Assembly (NCBI GenBank): GCA_045546155.1
Contig: JAZQCG010000005.1
Span: 14,770-78,769 of the forward strand
DNA length: 64,000 nt
Direction: 5' to 3'
Source: Candidatus Enterousia sp.
Lineage (GTDB): Bacteria > Pseudomonadota > Alphaproteobacteria > Rs-D84
Both the position numbers and the translations under genes were made by a program. Every line of letters starts with the position of its first letter. The first letter of the stretch is position 1. Positions 8,304 through 17,625 of the stretch are shown here, one piece after another. The notes below the pieces were generated by a model. That model had not been told where the DNA came from and did not search any database. It worked only from the letters and a program-made list of their open reading frames with translations.

Positions 8304-10052
8304 TTATACCGCAATATCTTCCAGGACGAATTGTGCCGACACGCGGCCGTTATATTCGTTTTCTTTTAGTTTACCTAACATCTTTATCTTAGCATTGATA
8401 TTTCCATCATCCAGTAAAAAATCCCCAACCGGCGTACCCGATAAATTAAATCCTACAAACGATACGCTTGTACCGCTACTGGTTGCAACTGTGCCACGCA
8501 AATGCGCACCATTACCCATGGTTGACACATGACGTAACATTGCCCCATTTAATACCAATGTTGGTTCTGGGTTTCCTTGGCCAAATGGTTCAAGTGCATT
8601 TAGCTTGTTCACCAGTCGCATTGTCGCCGCCCCTGCATCCATTTCTGCATCAACAATCACTTCACGTTCGGGGACTTGACCATTTAATTGTTCACGCACC
8701 GCCTTTTCCAGGAATTGGCAAAATGCATTTTCATTTTCAGCACTTAATGAAAATCCCGCCGCCGCTGCATGCCCGCCACCTTCGGAAACGATGCCTGCCG
8801 CCAATGCGTCATGAATAATCTTGCCCAAATCAACCCCAGGAATCGAACGCCCAGACCCGTTTATAACACCATCCGCCTTGGTCGCAACACATGACGGCAG
8901 GTTATATTTATCCTTTAACCGCCCCGCGATAATCCCCATAACCCCGCCATGCCAATTTTCACCACACAGGAACAAACTACAATTACCATTGGCACAACAA
9001 TTTTCTGCCATCTCGGTTGCACGCAGCATAATTGCATTTTGAATATCAATTCGCTCTTGATTCATCTGGTGTAATTTTTCTGCTAATGAATGCGCAATCA
9101 ACGGATTATCCGTCAACAATAATTCCAAGGCTGGCGCTGCTGAGTCCAGGCGTCCCGCAGCATTTAGTCGTGGCCCCAGCGCAAACCCCGCCGCATACAC
9201 AGACGGCTTTTTTATCGCGGCAATATCCATCAAAATGCGCAGCCCCAAATTCTGGCGCAGGCCCAGAACCTTTAACCCCGTTGCAACAAATGCGCGATTT
9301 AATTCCACCAATGGCATCGTGTCACAAATCGTCCCCAATGCCACTAAATCCATAAAATTCATCAAATTAACAGATTCTAACTTTTGTGCCAGCTCTATGG
9401 ACAATTCACGTGATTTTAATTCGCGATTCAATGCCACAACCGTCAAAAAAGCAACCCCAACACCCGCCAAATAATCCAAGCCCGACGTATCATCGGCACG
9501 CTTTGGATTTACAACTGCATCTGCACCTGGCAACACTGCATCTGGCGAATGATGATCCGTTACAACAACACGCATCCCACATTGCTTTGCAAAATCGACT
9601 TCTTTGTTTCCGCTGATACCACAGTCCACCGTCACCAAAATTTTTACACCCGCATCTGTGATTTCTTGTATCGCATTGGTATTTAATCCATAGCCTTCCC
9701 CTTCGCGGGTTGGCAAATGCCAAATTACATCCGCCCCAATTTGGCGCAAATACTTTACAAAGACCGCTGTTGATGTAATTCCATCAACGTCATAATCCCC
9801 ATAAATAGCAATTTTTTCACCCGCCATAACCGCATCCGCAATTATACAGGCTGCCTTATCCATATCCTGTAACACAGATGGGTTTGGCATATATTCCTTG
9901 ATACTGGGGTTTAAAAACCTTTCGGCATTTTCAATACCACGAGCATTTAAAATCTTGGCCACTAAATCATCTAATGCCCCAATATCACTATCTGGATATG
10001 CAGGCAACACCCATGCTTGCCCCAGCATGGATTTTTCTACTATTCTTCTCAC
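8304..10052 (-). CDS. recJ: Single-stranded-DNA-specific exonuclease RecJ
   Basis: DYDVDGITS, TVDCG, DHH (VTDHH) and GGGHAAAAG motifs. Length is 582 aa. Confidence 0.93.
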   Translation of the reverse strand: MRRIVEKSMLGQAWVLPAYPDSDIGALDDLVAKILNARGIENAERFLNPSIKEYMPNPSVLQDMDKAACIIADAVMAGEKIAIYGDYDVDGITSTAVFVKYLRQIGADVIWHLPTREGEGYGLNTNAIQEITDAGVKILVTVDCGISGNKEVDFAKQCGMRVVVTDHHSPDAVLPGADAVVNPKRADDTSGLDYLAGVGVAFLTVVALNRELKSRELSIELAQKLESVNLMNFMDLVALGTICDTMPLVELNRAFVATGLKVLGLRQNLGLRILMDIAAIKKPSVYAAGFALGPRLNAAGRLDSAAPALELLLTDNPLIAHSLAEKLHQMNQERIDIQNAIMLRATEMAENCCANGNCSLFLCGENWHGGVMGIIAGRLKDKYNLPSCVATKADGVINGSGRSIPGVDLGKIIHDALAAGIVSEGGGHAAAAGFSLSAENENAFCQFLEKAVREQLNGQVPEREVIVDAEMDAGAATMRLVNKLNALEPFGQGNPEPTLVLNGAMLRHVSTMGNGAHLRGTVATSSGTSVSFVGFNLSGTPVGDFLLDDGNINAKIKMLGKLKENEYNGRVSAQFVLEDIAV

Positions 10053-10095
10053 GCGCTTCTCTTTTTTTTATTATCAGAATTATTATAATCTAAAA

Positions 10096-11721
10096 TTATT
10101 CAAATAGCAACGGCAGTATAGAATCCAAAATTTTACCAGTTGTTGGCACTGCGTTCCATGCAGCTGTTTTCCATCCCCATGAATCCTTGGTTGCTTGTGG
10201 TTCATCCATAACAACCAAAATTGTGTATTGTGGGGCATTAGCTGGGAATATGCCAACATATGCCGTCAAATTACGTTTATTATCGACCTTGCCATTACTG
10301 TACTTTTCCGCCGTGGCGGTTTTACCACCGATTTCAATCCCAGCAATACGTGCTTTTTTACCACTGGTTTCTTCATTAACACGTAACATAATTTTGCGCA
10401 GTTGTGCAGAAAATTCTTCATCCAAGACCCGTTCACCATGCACAACCCCCAACCCACGTTTTTGTAATGTTGGATAAATATAAATTCCACCATTTGTAAC
10501 CGCATTAACCCCCAGCATTAAATGCATTGGTGTTACCGCAATTCCATGTCCAAATGATATAGTTGCGCGTTCAACCGGCCCCCATTTTTGTGGCATCAAA
10601 CCACGTTCGGTACGTCCAAATTCTAAATCCAACGCTTGATTAAAATGTAACTTTTCGAAAAATTCACGTTGCGCGCCATCTGGCAAATCAAGCGCAATCT
10701 GGGCACTGCCCACATTACAAGAATGCATCATAATTTCTTCGATATTCAGATTTGGACGTGGTGGCTTAAAGCTACGAATATCGCGAATTCTGTGAACAAC
10801 ACGACCAAATTTATCCTCAATCGGGAACGGTTCTTTGACATAGTATTCTTTGTTAATACCATTTTCCAATGCCAATGCTGTATTAAATATTTTAAAGATT
10901 GACCCCATTTCAAACACACCGCGCATTGGCATAAACATACGATTGCGTACCGGATCTAAGGCAATATTTTCTGGGTCATAATCCGGCAAAGATACCATCG
11001 CGATAATTTCACCCGTCCGCGAATTCATCAGCATCCCCATCGCAGACTTTGCCCGGTATGTCTGCATTGCAATTGATAATTGGTCATAGAACACCGCCTG
11101 GACACGTGCATCCAACGACAATTGCAGCGCATCTTTATTTTCCGTCAGGTATTTATTATATACCCGTTCAGCCCCTTCTAGTCCACGTCCATCGCCACTA
11201 ACAAATCCAACTGCATGTGAAAACATACGCCCCTTTGGATATTTTCTATCTTGAACTGGTTCAACCTCTAGCCCGCGCAAACGCGCCTTTTTAATCATAT
11301 CACGCTGATATTCACTGGCATATTTTTTTAGATATATAAACCTACGCGACGAATCGACCAGCTCCAGCGCCCGACTCAAAGAATATTCGTACGGCATCGC
11401 GCGATGAATCATATTTGCAACCGCTTCTTTGTCTGTGACATCGCGATTACGCAAAACGATATGACCCGACATAACGTTCTTAGCCAATATATCGCCATTT
11501 CTATCAACAATATCCGCGCGATGCACCGCCCAATCACCATCCGCCACCGCACGTCGCGTATTATCTGTACCACTTATCCCCAGGTACAATGTCCAGCCAA
11601 TAAAAACAACAAAAGCGAATCGCAGCCATTTATACACCGTGCGCATACGCCCCCGCCCCGCACCATCACCACGGATGCCGGGAAAGCCACGTCTGTAAAT
11701 ATCTTGACCTACATTAAACAT
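10096..11721 (-). CDS. ftsI: Peptidoglycan D,D-transpeptidase FtsI (PBP3)
   Basis: Transpeptidase motifs SIFK, SCN-like HSCN and KTATAE-type KTG region. I chose the start at the internal ATG (MFNVGQ) that overlaps the ftsL stop (GATGTTTAA). The ORF-track start at 11808 would overlap ftsL by 95 nt. Confidence 0.88.
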   Translation of the reverse strand: MFNVGQDIYRRGFPGIRGDGAGRGRMRTVYKWLRFAFVVFIGWTLYLGISGTDNTRRAVADGDWAVHRADIVDRNGDILAKNVMSGHIVLRNRDVTDKEAVANMIHRAMPYEYSLSRALELVDSSRRFIYLKKYASEYQRDMIKKARLRGLEVEPVQDRKYPKGRMFSHAVGFVSGDGRGLEGAERVYNKYLTENKDALQLSLDARVQAVFYDQLSIAMQTYRAKSAMGMLMNSRTGEIIAMVSLPDYDPENIALDPVRNRMFMPMRGVFEMGSIFKIFNTALALENGINKEYYVKEPFPIEDKFGRVVHRIRDIRSFKPPRPNLNIEEIMMHSCNVGSAQIALDLPDGAQREFFEKLHFNQALDLEFGRTERGLMPQKWGPVERATISFGHGIAVTPMHLMLGVNAVTNGGIYIYPTLQKRGLGVVHGERVLDEEFSAQLRKIMLRVNEETSGKKARIAGIEIGGKTATAEKYSNGKVDNKRNLTAYVGIFPANAPQYTILVVMDEPQATKDSWGWKTAAWNAVPTTGKILDSILPLLFE

Positions 11722-12019
11722 CTGAATTCTTGGGCTCTCTATCTGGCAACGCATCAATTGTAACAGATTTTTGATATCCAATCGCCGATGCATTTGGCAC
11801 AACACCACCGACTAAATTTCTTAAAACCTCAGGCCTTTTATAGCCTTCGAATCGGGTTGCGGCATCAGCAATTTCTTGCTGGGTGCGAACAATTTCAGCC
11901 CGCACATGATTACGCGTACGATTTTGCGTACGATAACATACCTGTAGCCCAATGGTTAAAAACAGCATCCCGCACAATGCCCATACACCAATATGAAACA
12001 TTTTTTCGTCGTCACTCAT
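11714..12019 (-). CDS. ftsL: Cell-division protein FtsL (alphaproteobacterial type)
   Basis: Small bitopic protein (TM GVWALCGMLFLTIGL) followed by a coiled-coil-like segment. It lies immediately upstream of ftsI and is translationally coupled to it. Confidence 0.65.
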   Translation of the reverse strand: MSDDEKMFHIGVWALCGMLFLTIGLQVCYRTQNRTRNHVRAEIVRTQQEIADAATRFEGYKRPEVLRNLVGGVVPNASAIGYQKSVTIDALPDREPKNSDV

Positions 12020-12058
12020 TTGATGCTATTCCCCCCGTTTTTATTCCCAACTATTTTA

Positions 12059-12421
12059 TCATAAATTATGAAAAAAACGAACCATAGATTCCAATCCGTT
12101 TAATCGCCCTGCCCCAAGATTAATATCCAATGTGGCAAATTCAGACAAAATATCAAATTCTTTTATTTCGGATATTGTTTTCCCATCCAGCATCGTGATT
12201 AAAATCGCAACAATTCCACGCACCAATGCCGAATCGGCACGACCATAAAATTTATTTGCATCAATGCAGATTTCAACATGTGATGCACATCCAACAATCT
12301 CGGAACATGTTGCACCTTCTGGCACTGGGGACAAATTACCCCCAAAATCCATAACCATTTCCAGCTTCATTGCTGGATCATCAATTGACTGCAAAAGTTT
12401 TTTTATTTCCACATATGTCAT
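12059..12421 (-). CDS. sufE: Cysteine desulfuration protein SufE
   Basis: IVGCASHVEI active-site Cys context and SufE-size protein, downstream of sufS-sufT. Confidence 0.8.
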   Translation of the reverse strand: MTYVEIKKLLQSIDDPAMKLEMVMDFGGNLSPVPEGATCSEIVGCASHVEICIDANKFYGRADSALVRGIVAILITMLDGKTISEIKEFDILSEFATLDINLGAGRLNGLESMVRFFHNL

Positions 12422-12427
12422 CGGCTA

Positions 12428-12742
12428 TTACCAACCCTGCTCTGTTAAATCCAGTTCCAAGCGCGCTACATCCGACATTTTTGATAAATCCCATGGTGGG
12501 TCCCATACCAATTCAACACGCACCGGCATATCACCTGCGACATTTTGCACAACATCTTTTAATTGCGCCATCAATTCTTCCATCATGGGACACGTCGGAC
12601 TGGTAAAAGTCATAGTTATAACAATTTCCGTCGCACTTATATCTATGTTATATATCAATCCCAAATCCCAAATATTAACAGGAATCTCAGGATCATAGAC
12701 CGTTTTAATTGCATTTATTATATCATCACGCAAGACTGTCAT
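12428..12742 (-). CDS. sufT: Fe-S cluster assembly protein SufT (DUF59/MIP18 family)
   Basis: VYDPEIPVNIWDLGLIY...TSPTCP motif. The ATG at 12742 forms an ATGA overlap with the sufS stop. Confidence 0.85.
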   Translation of the reverse strand: MTVLRDDIINAIKTVYDPEIPVNIWDLGLIYNIDISATEIVITMTFTSPTCPMMEELMAQLKDVVQNVAGDMPVRVELVWDPPWDLSKMSDVARLELDLTEQGW

Positions 12743-13830
12743 TTTACACACCCCCGCACAACATCAATAAACGCATCAATATCGTCTTTTGTATTATATG
12801 GACCAACAGAAACACGAATTGTGCCATCCAGATTTAATTTCTGTTGAATCCATGTTGCACACATATTTCCCACACGCACACAGATATTTTTCACACCCGC
12901 GATTGCACCAAAATCCAACACATGCATACCATCAATAATAAAACTTAATATACACGCATCCCGATTGGTTAATATTTTAACGCGCTTTAATTTAGATAAT
13001 TCATCATACAGATATTTAATTAAATTTAGTTCTGGACGATTATTTTTTATTTCATCAATCGCCACACGCAACCCTGCAATCTGGGTCAATGGCAATGTCC
13101 CGGCTTCAAAGCATTCCGGCGCAGACATTAAATGTGCCACACCATCCCGTGATATATTGTTCACCATACCACCACCAAATTTATCTGGCATAAAACGCGA
13201 TGGATTTTTTACATACATAATACCAATACCTGTATCTGCACCAATCTTGTGTCCCGACCACACAACAAAATCAGCATCCCATGCAACAACGTCTATTTTA
13301 TCGTGCACAACATATTGCGCAGCATCCACAACCACAATTACATCTGGATTTTTTTCACGCGCCACTGCAACAATTTTTGCAACATCTTGTGCAACACCTA
13401 AAACATTAGACATTGCCGTCACAACAAAAATATCCGCATATGGAATTTGTTCTGTATCTATATTCAGATTTTCATCCAATGGACACACAACAATCTTAGC
13501 CCCCGACATTTGAAACGGCAAACGCGCACTGTGATGGTCTAAATCAGACACCGCTACAACCGTATTTTCATTTGGCTTTAATATATTAACGATTCGATTT
13601 ATTGCATCTGTTGTACCAGACGTAAAAACAATACTGTTATATTTTGCGTTTAAAAATTCTGCAACCGCATTCCGCACATCACGCACCATATCATCAACCG
13701 CACCCACACGCGCGCAAACCCCACGCCCAGAATTCGCATATTTTTCACGCAAAAACAGCGCTTCTGCCTCTATTAATTTCTCAGATTTCAACATTGTCGC
13801 AGCGCTGTCTAAGTATATGAATTTATTCAT
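12739..13830 (-). CDS. sufS: Cysteine desulfurase SufS (class V aminotransferase)
   Basis: YLDSAATM start region, SGHK PLP lysine and VGNMCA active-site Cys. I chose the start at the internal ATG (MNKFIYLD). Confidence 0.88.
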   Translation of the reverse strand: MNKFIYLDSAATMLKSEKLIEAEALFLREKYANSGRGVCARVGAVDDMVRDVRNAVAEFLNAKYNSIVFTSGTTDAINRIVNILKPNENTVVAVSDLDHHSARLPFQMSGAKIVVCPLDENLNIDTEQIPYADIFVVTAMSNVLGVAQDVAKIVAVAREKNPDVIVVVDAAQYVVHDKIDVVAWDADFVVWSGHKIGADTGIGIMYVKNPSRFMPDKFGGGMVNNISRDGVAHLMSAPECFEAGTLPLTQIAGLRVAIDEIKNNRPELNLIKYLYDELSKLKRVKILTNRDACILSFIIDGMHVLDFGAIAGVKNICVRVGNMCATWIQQKLNLDGTIRVSVGPYNTKDDIDAFIDVVRGCVK

Positions 13831-13904
13831 TTTGTTTTTCTCTTGCATTTTGCGCTGATTATAATACACTCTTGCCAAATATCAATAACTATAAGGAGAA
13901 AAAG

Positions 13905-14231
13905 ATGGCACTTGTACATGCAAATGATGCAACAATTGATACATTAATTGGCAATGGCATAACATTGGTTGATTTCTGGGCATCTTGGTGTGGTCCATGC
14001 CGTATGTTTGGCCCTATTTTCGAAGCTGTATCTGAAAAAATGCCCGATGTTACATTTATAAAATTCGAAATTGATGAAGCGAACCGACGTACCCCTGCAA
14101 AATATGGCATACGCAGTATTCCGTCTGTTTTAGCATTTAAGAACGGCGAATTGATTGAAGCACGCAGTGGTCTTATGGACGAAGACACTGTCATTGATTG
14201 GATAAAGGAATTACAAAATGGCAACAGTTAA
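13905..14231 (+). CDS. trxA: Thioredoxin
   Basis: WASWCGPCR active site. AAGGAG SD lies 8 nt upstream of the ATG at 13905; the ORF-track start at 13872 is a TTG. Confidence 0.93.
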   Translation: MALVHANDATIDTLIGNGITLVDFWASWCGPCRMFGPIFEAVSEKMPDVTFIKFEIDEANRRTPAKYGIRSIPSVLAFKNGELIEARSGLMDEDTVIDWIKELQNGNS

Positions 14232-14649
14232 TTACAAAAATATTGAATTATCATCTAAGTACAAGCCCAAGTTATCTGAACCATACATGTGTGCGGAACA
14301 GTTGGCTTACTTCTATAACATATTGAACACCCAACGCGAAGAATTGCTTAGCGAACGGGATGAAGTTTTAAACGCCGTCCGCATGGCAGACAAGACCGAA
14401 GCCGTTGGTGCTGGTGACGAATCGGACAACGCATCGTATAACCAAGACATAACAATGGACCTGCGCATGTCTGAACGCAGTAATAAGTTATTACAAAAGG
14501 TTAATGCAGCCCTGGAACGCATTGAAAAAGGCACATATGGTTTCAGTGTTGTATCCGGCGATGAAATTGGTCTTAAACGTATGATGGCGCGCCCATTGGC
14601 GACCATGACCGTCGAAGAACAAGAAGAATACGAAGCACGTAAAAACTAA
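14218..14649 (+). CDS. dksA: DksA-family RNA polymerase-binding regulator, Cys-less (no C4 zinc finger)
   Basis: DESDNA (DxxDxA) coiled-coil tip motif. The C-terminal region GFSVVSGDEIGLKRMMARPLATMTVEEQ aligns to [28 protein letters not shown] with all four Cys replaced. Confidence 0.8.
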   Translation: MATVNYKNIELSSKYKPKLSEPYMCAEQLAYFYNILNTQREELLSERDEVLNAVRMADKTEAVGAGDESDNASYNQDITMDLRMSERSNKLLQKVNAALERIEKGTYGFSVVSGDEIGLKRMMARPLATMTVEEQEEYEARKN

Positions 14650-14650
14650 T

Positions 14651-14680
14651 AAAAACCCGCCAAATGGCGGGATTTTTTTA
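14651..14680. terminator. Bidirectional rho-independent terminator between convergent dksA and tatA
   Basis: AAAAACCCGCC-aaat-GGCGGGATTTTTTT. The tatA stop codon lies in the T/A tract. Confidence 0.8.
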
Positions 14681-14854
14681 TTTCTTTTTCTTGGCGGCCT
14701 TTTTTGGTTCTTTTTTCTTGGTATCTTTCAGTTCTTTTTTAAACACATTGATACCATCGGCCAAATTACGCATCATACCTGGGATTTTGTTGCTCATAAA
14801 CAAAATCATAACCAAGATTACAATTAAAATTATTTCAGTCCAACCTAATCTCAT
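14678..14854 (-). CDS. tatA: Twin-arginine translocase subunit TatA/E (58 aa, absent from the ORF track)
   Basis: My translation is MRLGWTEIILIVILVMILFMSNKIPGMMRNLADGINVFKKELKDTKKKEPKKAAKKKK. This is a TatA-type TM plus amphipathic helix (KIP..R.L...I..FKK). It starts 16 nt after the SPOR gene stop. Confidence 0.8.
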   Translation of the reverse strand: MRLGWTEIILIVILVMILFMSNKIPGMMRNLADGINVFKKELKDTKKKEPKKAAKKKK

Positions 14855-14869
14855 ATCTGTCCCCTTTGA

Positions 14870-15622
14870 TTATTTCGCAACATAACAATCCAAGCCATCA
14901 GACTTCGCATTGCGACAGAATCCATTTGCATCATTTGCAGTCTTGAACGCGACACGCAAACGATATGTCGTTGCCCCCTTAACCTGGGCCGCCAAGATTA
15001 CAAACTGTTGGCCCGCGAACAAACTTGGGTGTGCATTACGCATCTGACGCTGGGCATTTTCTGCCAATGCGCGTGTACTGTATGAGCCAAACTGAACATA
15101 CCATGAACCTGCTGGTGCTGTTGTGGCTGTCTTTTTGACTGCTGGCTTGGCTGCTGGTTTCGGCGCTGGCTTTGCCGCCGGTTTCGCCACTGGCTTTGCC
15201 ACAGGTTTAGCTGTTGGATTAAACGTAACTTCCTTTCTGTCTTCTACAACACGAACTGGAACACCTGGGGTTGCCTGAACCAGCTGTGGTTGCGCGACCG
15301 GCTGTGGCTTTGGTTGTGCAACCGGCTGTGGGGCTGGCTGCGCCGCTGGTTTTGGTGCCGGTGGCATAACGTTCATTTCCGGTGCTGGTGCGCCATCAAC
15401 AACAATCGCTGGTGCATCCAAGTCAACCTCTATCGCGGACGAAGATGTACCCCCAACTGTACGAATAATTACATATGTTGCCAAAACAATGACAACCAAT
15501 CCCACCGTCAGCAACAGCCATGGTTTCTTTGGGCGTGGTGCGGCAAATGGCGTAACCTCTGGCAGTGTATCCATTGATGCACCATCATCTAAATCTAATA
15601 AATCCAAGTTATCATCGTTCAT
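14870..15622 (-). CDS. SPOR-domain protein with Pro/Ala/Lys-rich repeats
   Basis: C-terminal SPOR signature (WYVQFGSYSTRALAENA...YRLRVAF). One TM segment. Tandem repeats QPVAQPKPQPVAQP and AKPVAKPVAKPAAKPAPKPAAKP. Start chosen at MNDDNLDLL, with a GGGGGGA SD. Confidence 0.85.
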   Translation of the reverse strand: MNDDNLDLLDLDDGASMDTLPEVTPFAAPRPKKPWLLLTVGLVVIVLATYVIIRTVGGTSSSAIEVDLDAPAIVVDGAPAPEMNVMPPAPKPAAQPAPQPVAQPKPQPVAQPQLVQATPGVPVRVVEDRKEVTFNPTAKPVAKPVAKPAAKPAPKPAAKPAVKKTATTAPAGSWYVQFGSYSTRALAENAQRQMRNAHPSLFAGQQFVILAAQVKGATTYRLRVAFKTANDANGFCRNAKSDGLDCYVAK

Positions 15623-15697
15623 GGTAAAATCCCCCCATTTATAAAATCGTTCCGATAACATTATATCATAAAAAAAACGAATAACCAAACGCCTAAG

Positions 15698-15728
15698 AAT
15701 AAAAAAAGAGGCATGAAAACATGCCTCT
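15698..15728 (-). terminator. Rho-independent terminator after the thrS / small lipoprotein unit
   Basis: AGAGGCATG-tttt-CATGCCTCT plus a U-run on the minus strand. Confidence 0.8.
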
Positions 15729-15735
15729 TATATCA

Positions 15736-15876
15736 CTATTTTGGCATTTGCCCAAAATTCGGTGGCACAATCAGTTTATGATTTTGCTCAACGATGGGTT
15801 CAACCTCGCACTGTTTGGCACATGCCGACAACATGCACGGCACGATCAAAGCCAACAACAACATTATTTTTTTCAT
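15736..15876 (-). CDS. Small lipoprotein (46 aa, absent from the ORF track)
   Basis: My translation is MKKIMLLLALIVPCMLSACAKQCEVEPIVEQNHKLIVPPNFGQMPK. It has a lipobox (MLSAC) and a GGGGGA SD, starts 15 nt after the thrS stop and is followed by a terminator. Confidence 0.55.
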   Translation of the reverse strand: MKKIMLLLALIVPCMLSACAKQCEVEPIVEQNHKLIVPPNFGQMPK

Positions 15877-15891
15877 GTTATCCCCCTGCTT

Positions 15892-17625
15892 TTACAATGG
15901 TAACTTTACTGCATCTTTCATCATTTCGACAAATTCAGCAAGTGGCATTGATTCCTGTTTTTCTTGCCCTAAACGACGCAACGTCACCATTTTGTCAGCT
16001 GCTTCTTTTTCACCAACAACGGCAATGATTGGTGTTTTAGCAAGCGACAATTCACGGATTTTATAGTTTACTTTTTCATCACGCAAATCTGCACGCGTAT
16101 TTACGCCCGCCGCACGCAATGCCGCAACCACTTCATTTGCGTATTCTGCGTGCTTTTCAGAAATCGGCGTTACCACAACCGGTTCTGGCGACAGCCACAA
16201 TGGCAAATTACCCCCCGTTGATTCCAGCAAGATTCCCATAAAGCGTTCAATCGACCCCAACATTGCACGATGCAACATAATCGGACGATGCTTTTCACCA
16301 TCTTCGCCAACATAGCTTAAATCGAATCGTTCCGGCAGGTTCATATCCAATTGCACCGTACCACACTGCCATACGCGTCCCATCGAATCGCGCAGATAGT
16401 TATCAATTTTCGGACCATAGAACGCGGCATCCCCTTCGGCAATTTCAAATTCAATACCATTTGATTCCAGCGCATGTTTCAATGCACCCTCGGCCTTGTC
16501 CCAGATTTCATCCGACCCGATACGGAATTCAGATTCCTTGCGCGTGGCCAATTTCATCGTGATTTTATCAAATCCGAATTTGCCATAAATATCCTTGATA
16601 AAGCGCAGGATTTTTACAACTTCTTCTTCCAACTGTTCTTCGGTACAGAATATATGCGCATCGTCTTGGGTAAATTCACGAACGCGCAAAATACCAGACA
16701 AACCACCCGCAGCCTCGTAACGATGAACCTTGCCAAATTCGGCCACATATAATGGTAAATCTTTGTACGAGCGCAACCCGTGTCCAAACACCAACATCCC
16801 ACCCGGGCAAGACATTGGTTTAATACAGAACACCTTGCCATCTTGGGTTTTACCAGAATAATTGTGTTCACCATATTTTGCCCAGTGTCCCGACCGTTCC
16901 CACAAACATCTGTCCATAACCGCGGGCGTTGAAATTTCTTGGTATCCGGCCAATTCTTGACGACGACGAACAAATTCAATCAATTTGCGATACATTTTGT
17001 ACCCCTTGTCGTGCCAGAACACAGACCCCGGCGCATATTCTGGTTCAAAGTGGAACAAATCCATATCTTTACCCAATTTGCGATTATCACGTGCGGCGGC
17101 CTCTTCCTGCATTTTCAGGAACGCATCCAATTCCTCTTTGGTTGCAAACGCATCAACATAAATGCGTTGTAACATTTTATTTTTTGCATCCCCCTTCCAG
17201 TATGCGCCGGCAACACTGCGGATTTTAAACGCGTCCCTTGGCAAATCTTTGGAAGATTCAACATGTGGCCCACGACACAGGTCAACAAAATCACGGAACG
17301 AATAAATCGATAACGCTTCGCCCGCTGCATCATATTCATTTAACCATTCCATTTTATATGGTTGCGATGCGAAAATTTCTTTGGCTTCGTCAATCGACAC
17401 ATTACGTTGTTCAAATCGACCATTTGACTTAATCAAATCACGCATTTCTTTTTCAATTTTGGCAAAGTCTTCTTCGGAAAAACGGTATTCTGTATCAAAG
17501 TCATAATAGAACCCATTTTCAATTGCCGGCCCACCCGCGAATTTAACATCTGGGTGTAATTTTTTTACCGCCGCCGCCATAACGTGCGCCAACGAGTGAC
17601 GAATAATTTCAATATCATATGACAT
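15892..17625 (-). CDS. thrS: Threonine--tRNA ligase lacking the N-terminal TGS domain
   Basis: The protein begins at the HSxAH editing/SAD region (IIRHSLAHVMAAA) and has class II motifs (FRDFVDLCRGPH, RVREFTQDDAHIF, GTVQLD). It is 577 aa; the E. coli enzyme I aligned is roughly 640 aa. Confidence 0.92.
   Translation of the reverse strand: MSYDIEIIRHSLAHVMAAAVKKLHPDVKFAGGPAIENGFYYDFDTEYRFSEEDFAKIEKEMRDLIKSNGRFEQRNVSIDEAKEIFASQPYKMEWLNEYDAAGEALSIYSFRDFVDLCRGPHVESSKDLPRDAFKIRSVAGAYWKGDAKNKMLQRIYVDAFATKEELDAFLKMQEEAAARDNRKLGKDMDLFHFEPEYAPGSVFWHDKGYKMYRKLIEFVRRRQELAGYQEISTPAVMDRCLWERSGHWAKYGEHNYSGKTQDGKVFCIKPMSCPGGMLVFGHGLRSYKDLPLYVAEFGKVHRYEAAGGLSGILRVREFTQDDAHIFCTEEQLEEEVVKILRFIKDIYGKFGFDKITMKLATRKESEFRIGSDEIWDKAEGALKHALESNGIEFEIAEGDAAFYGPKIDNYLRDSMGRVWQCGTVQLDMNLPERFDLSYVGEDGEKHRPIMLHRAMLGSIERFMGILLESTGGNLPLWLSPEPVVVTPISEKHAEYANEVVAALRAAGVNTRADLRDEKVNYKIRELSLAKTPIIAVVGEKEAADKMVTLRRLGQEKQESMPLAEFVEMMKDAVKLPL

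Noticed and set aside
14664-14885. 73-aa plus-strand ORF (MAGFFYFFFLAAFFG...)
   Set aside because: It is a Phe/Leu/Ile-rich shadow frame. The opposite strand encodes a convincing TatA, and the ORF starts inside a terminator hairpin.
15080-15360. Tandem DNA repeats inside the SPOR gene
   Set aside because: They are in frame and encode Pro/Ala/Lys-rich linker repeats (AKPVAKP..., QPVAQP...). This is coding low complexity, not a separate repeat element.
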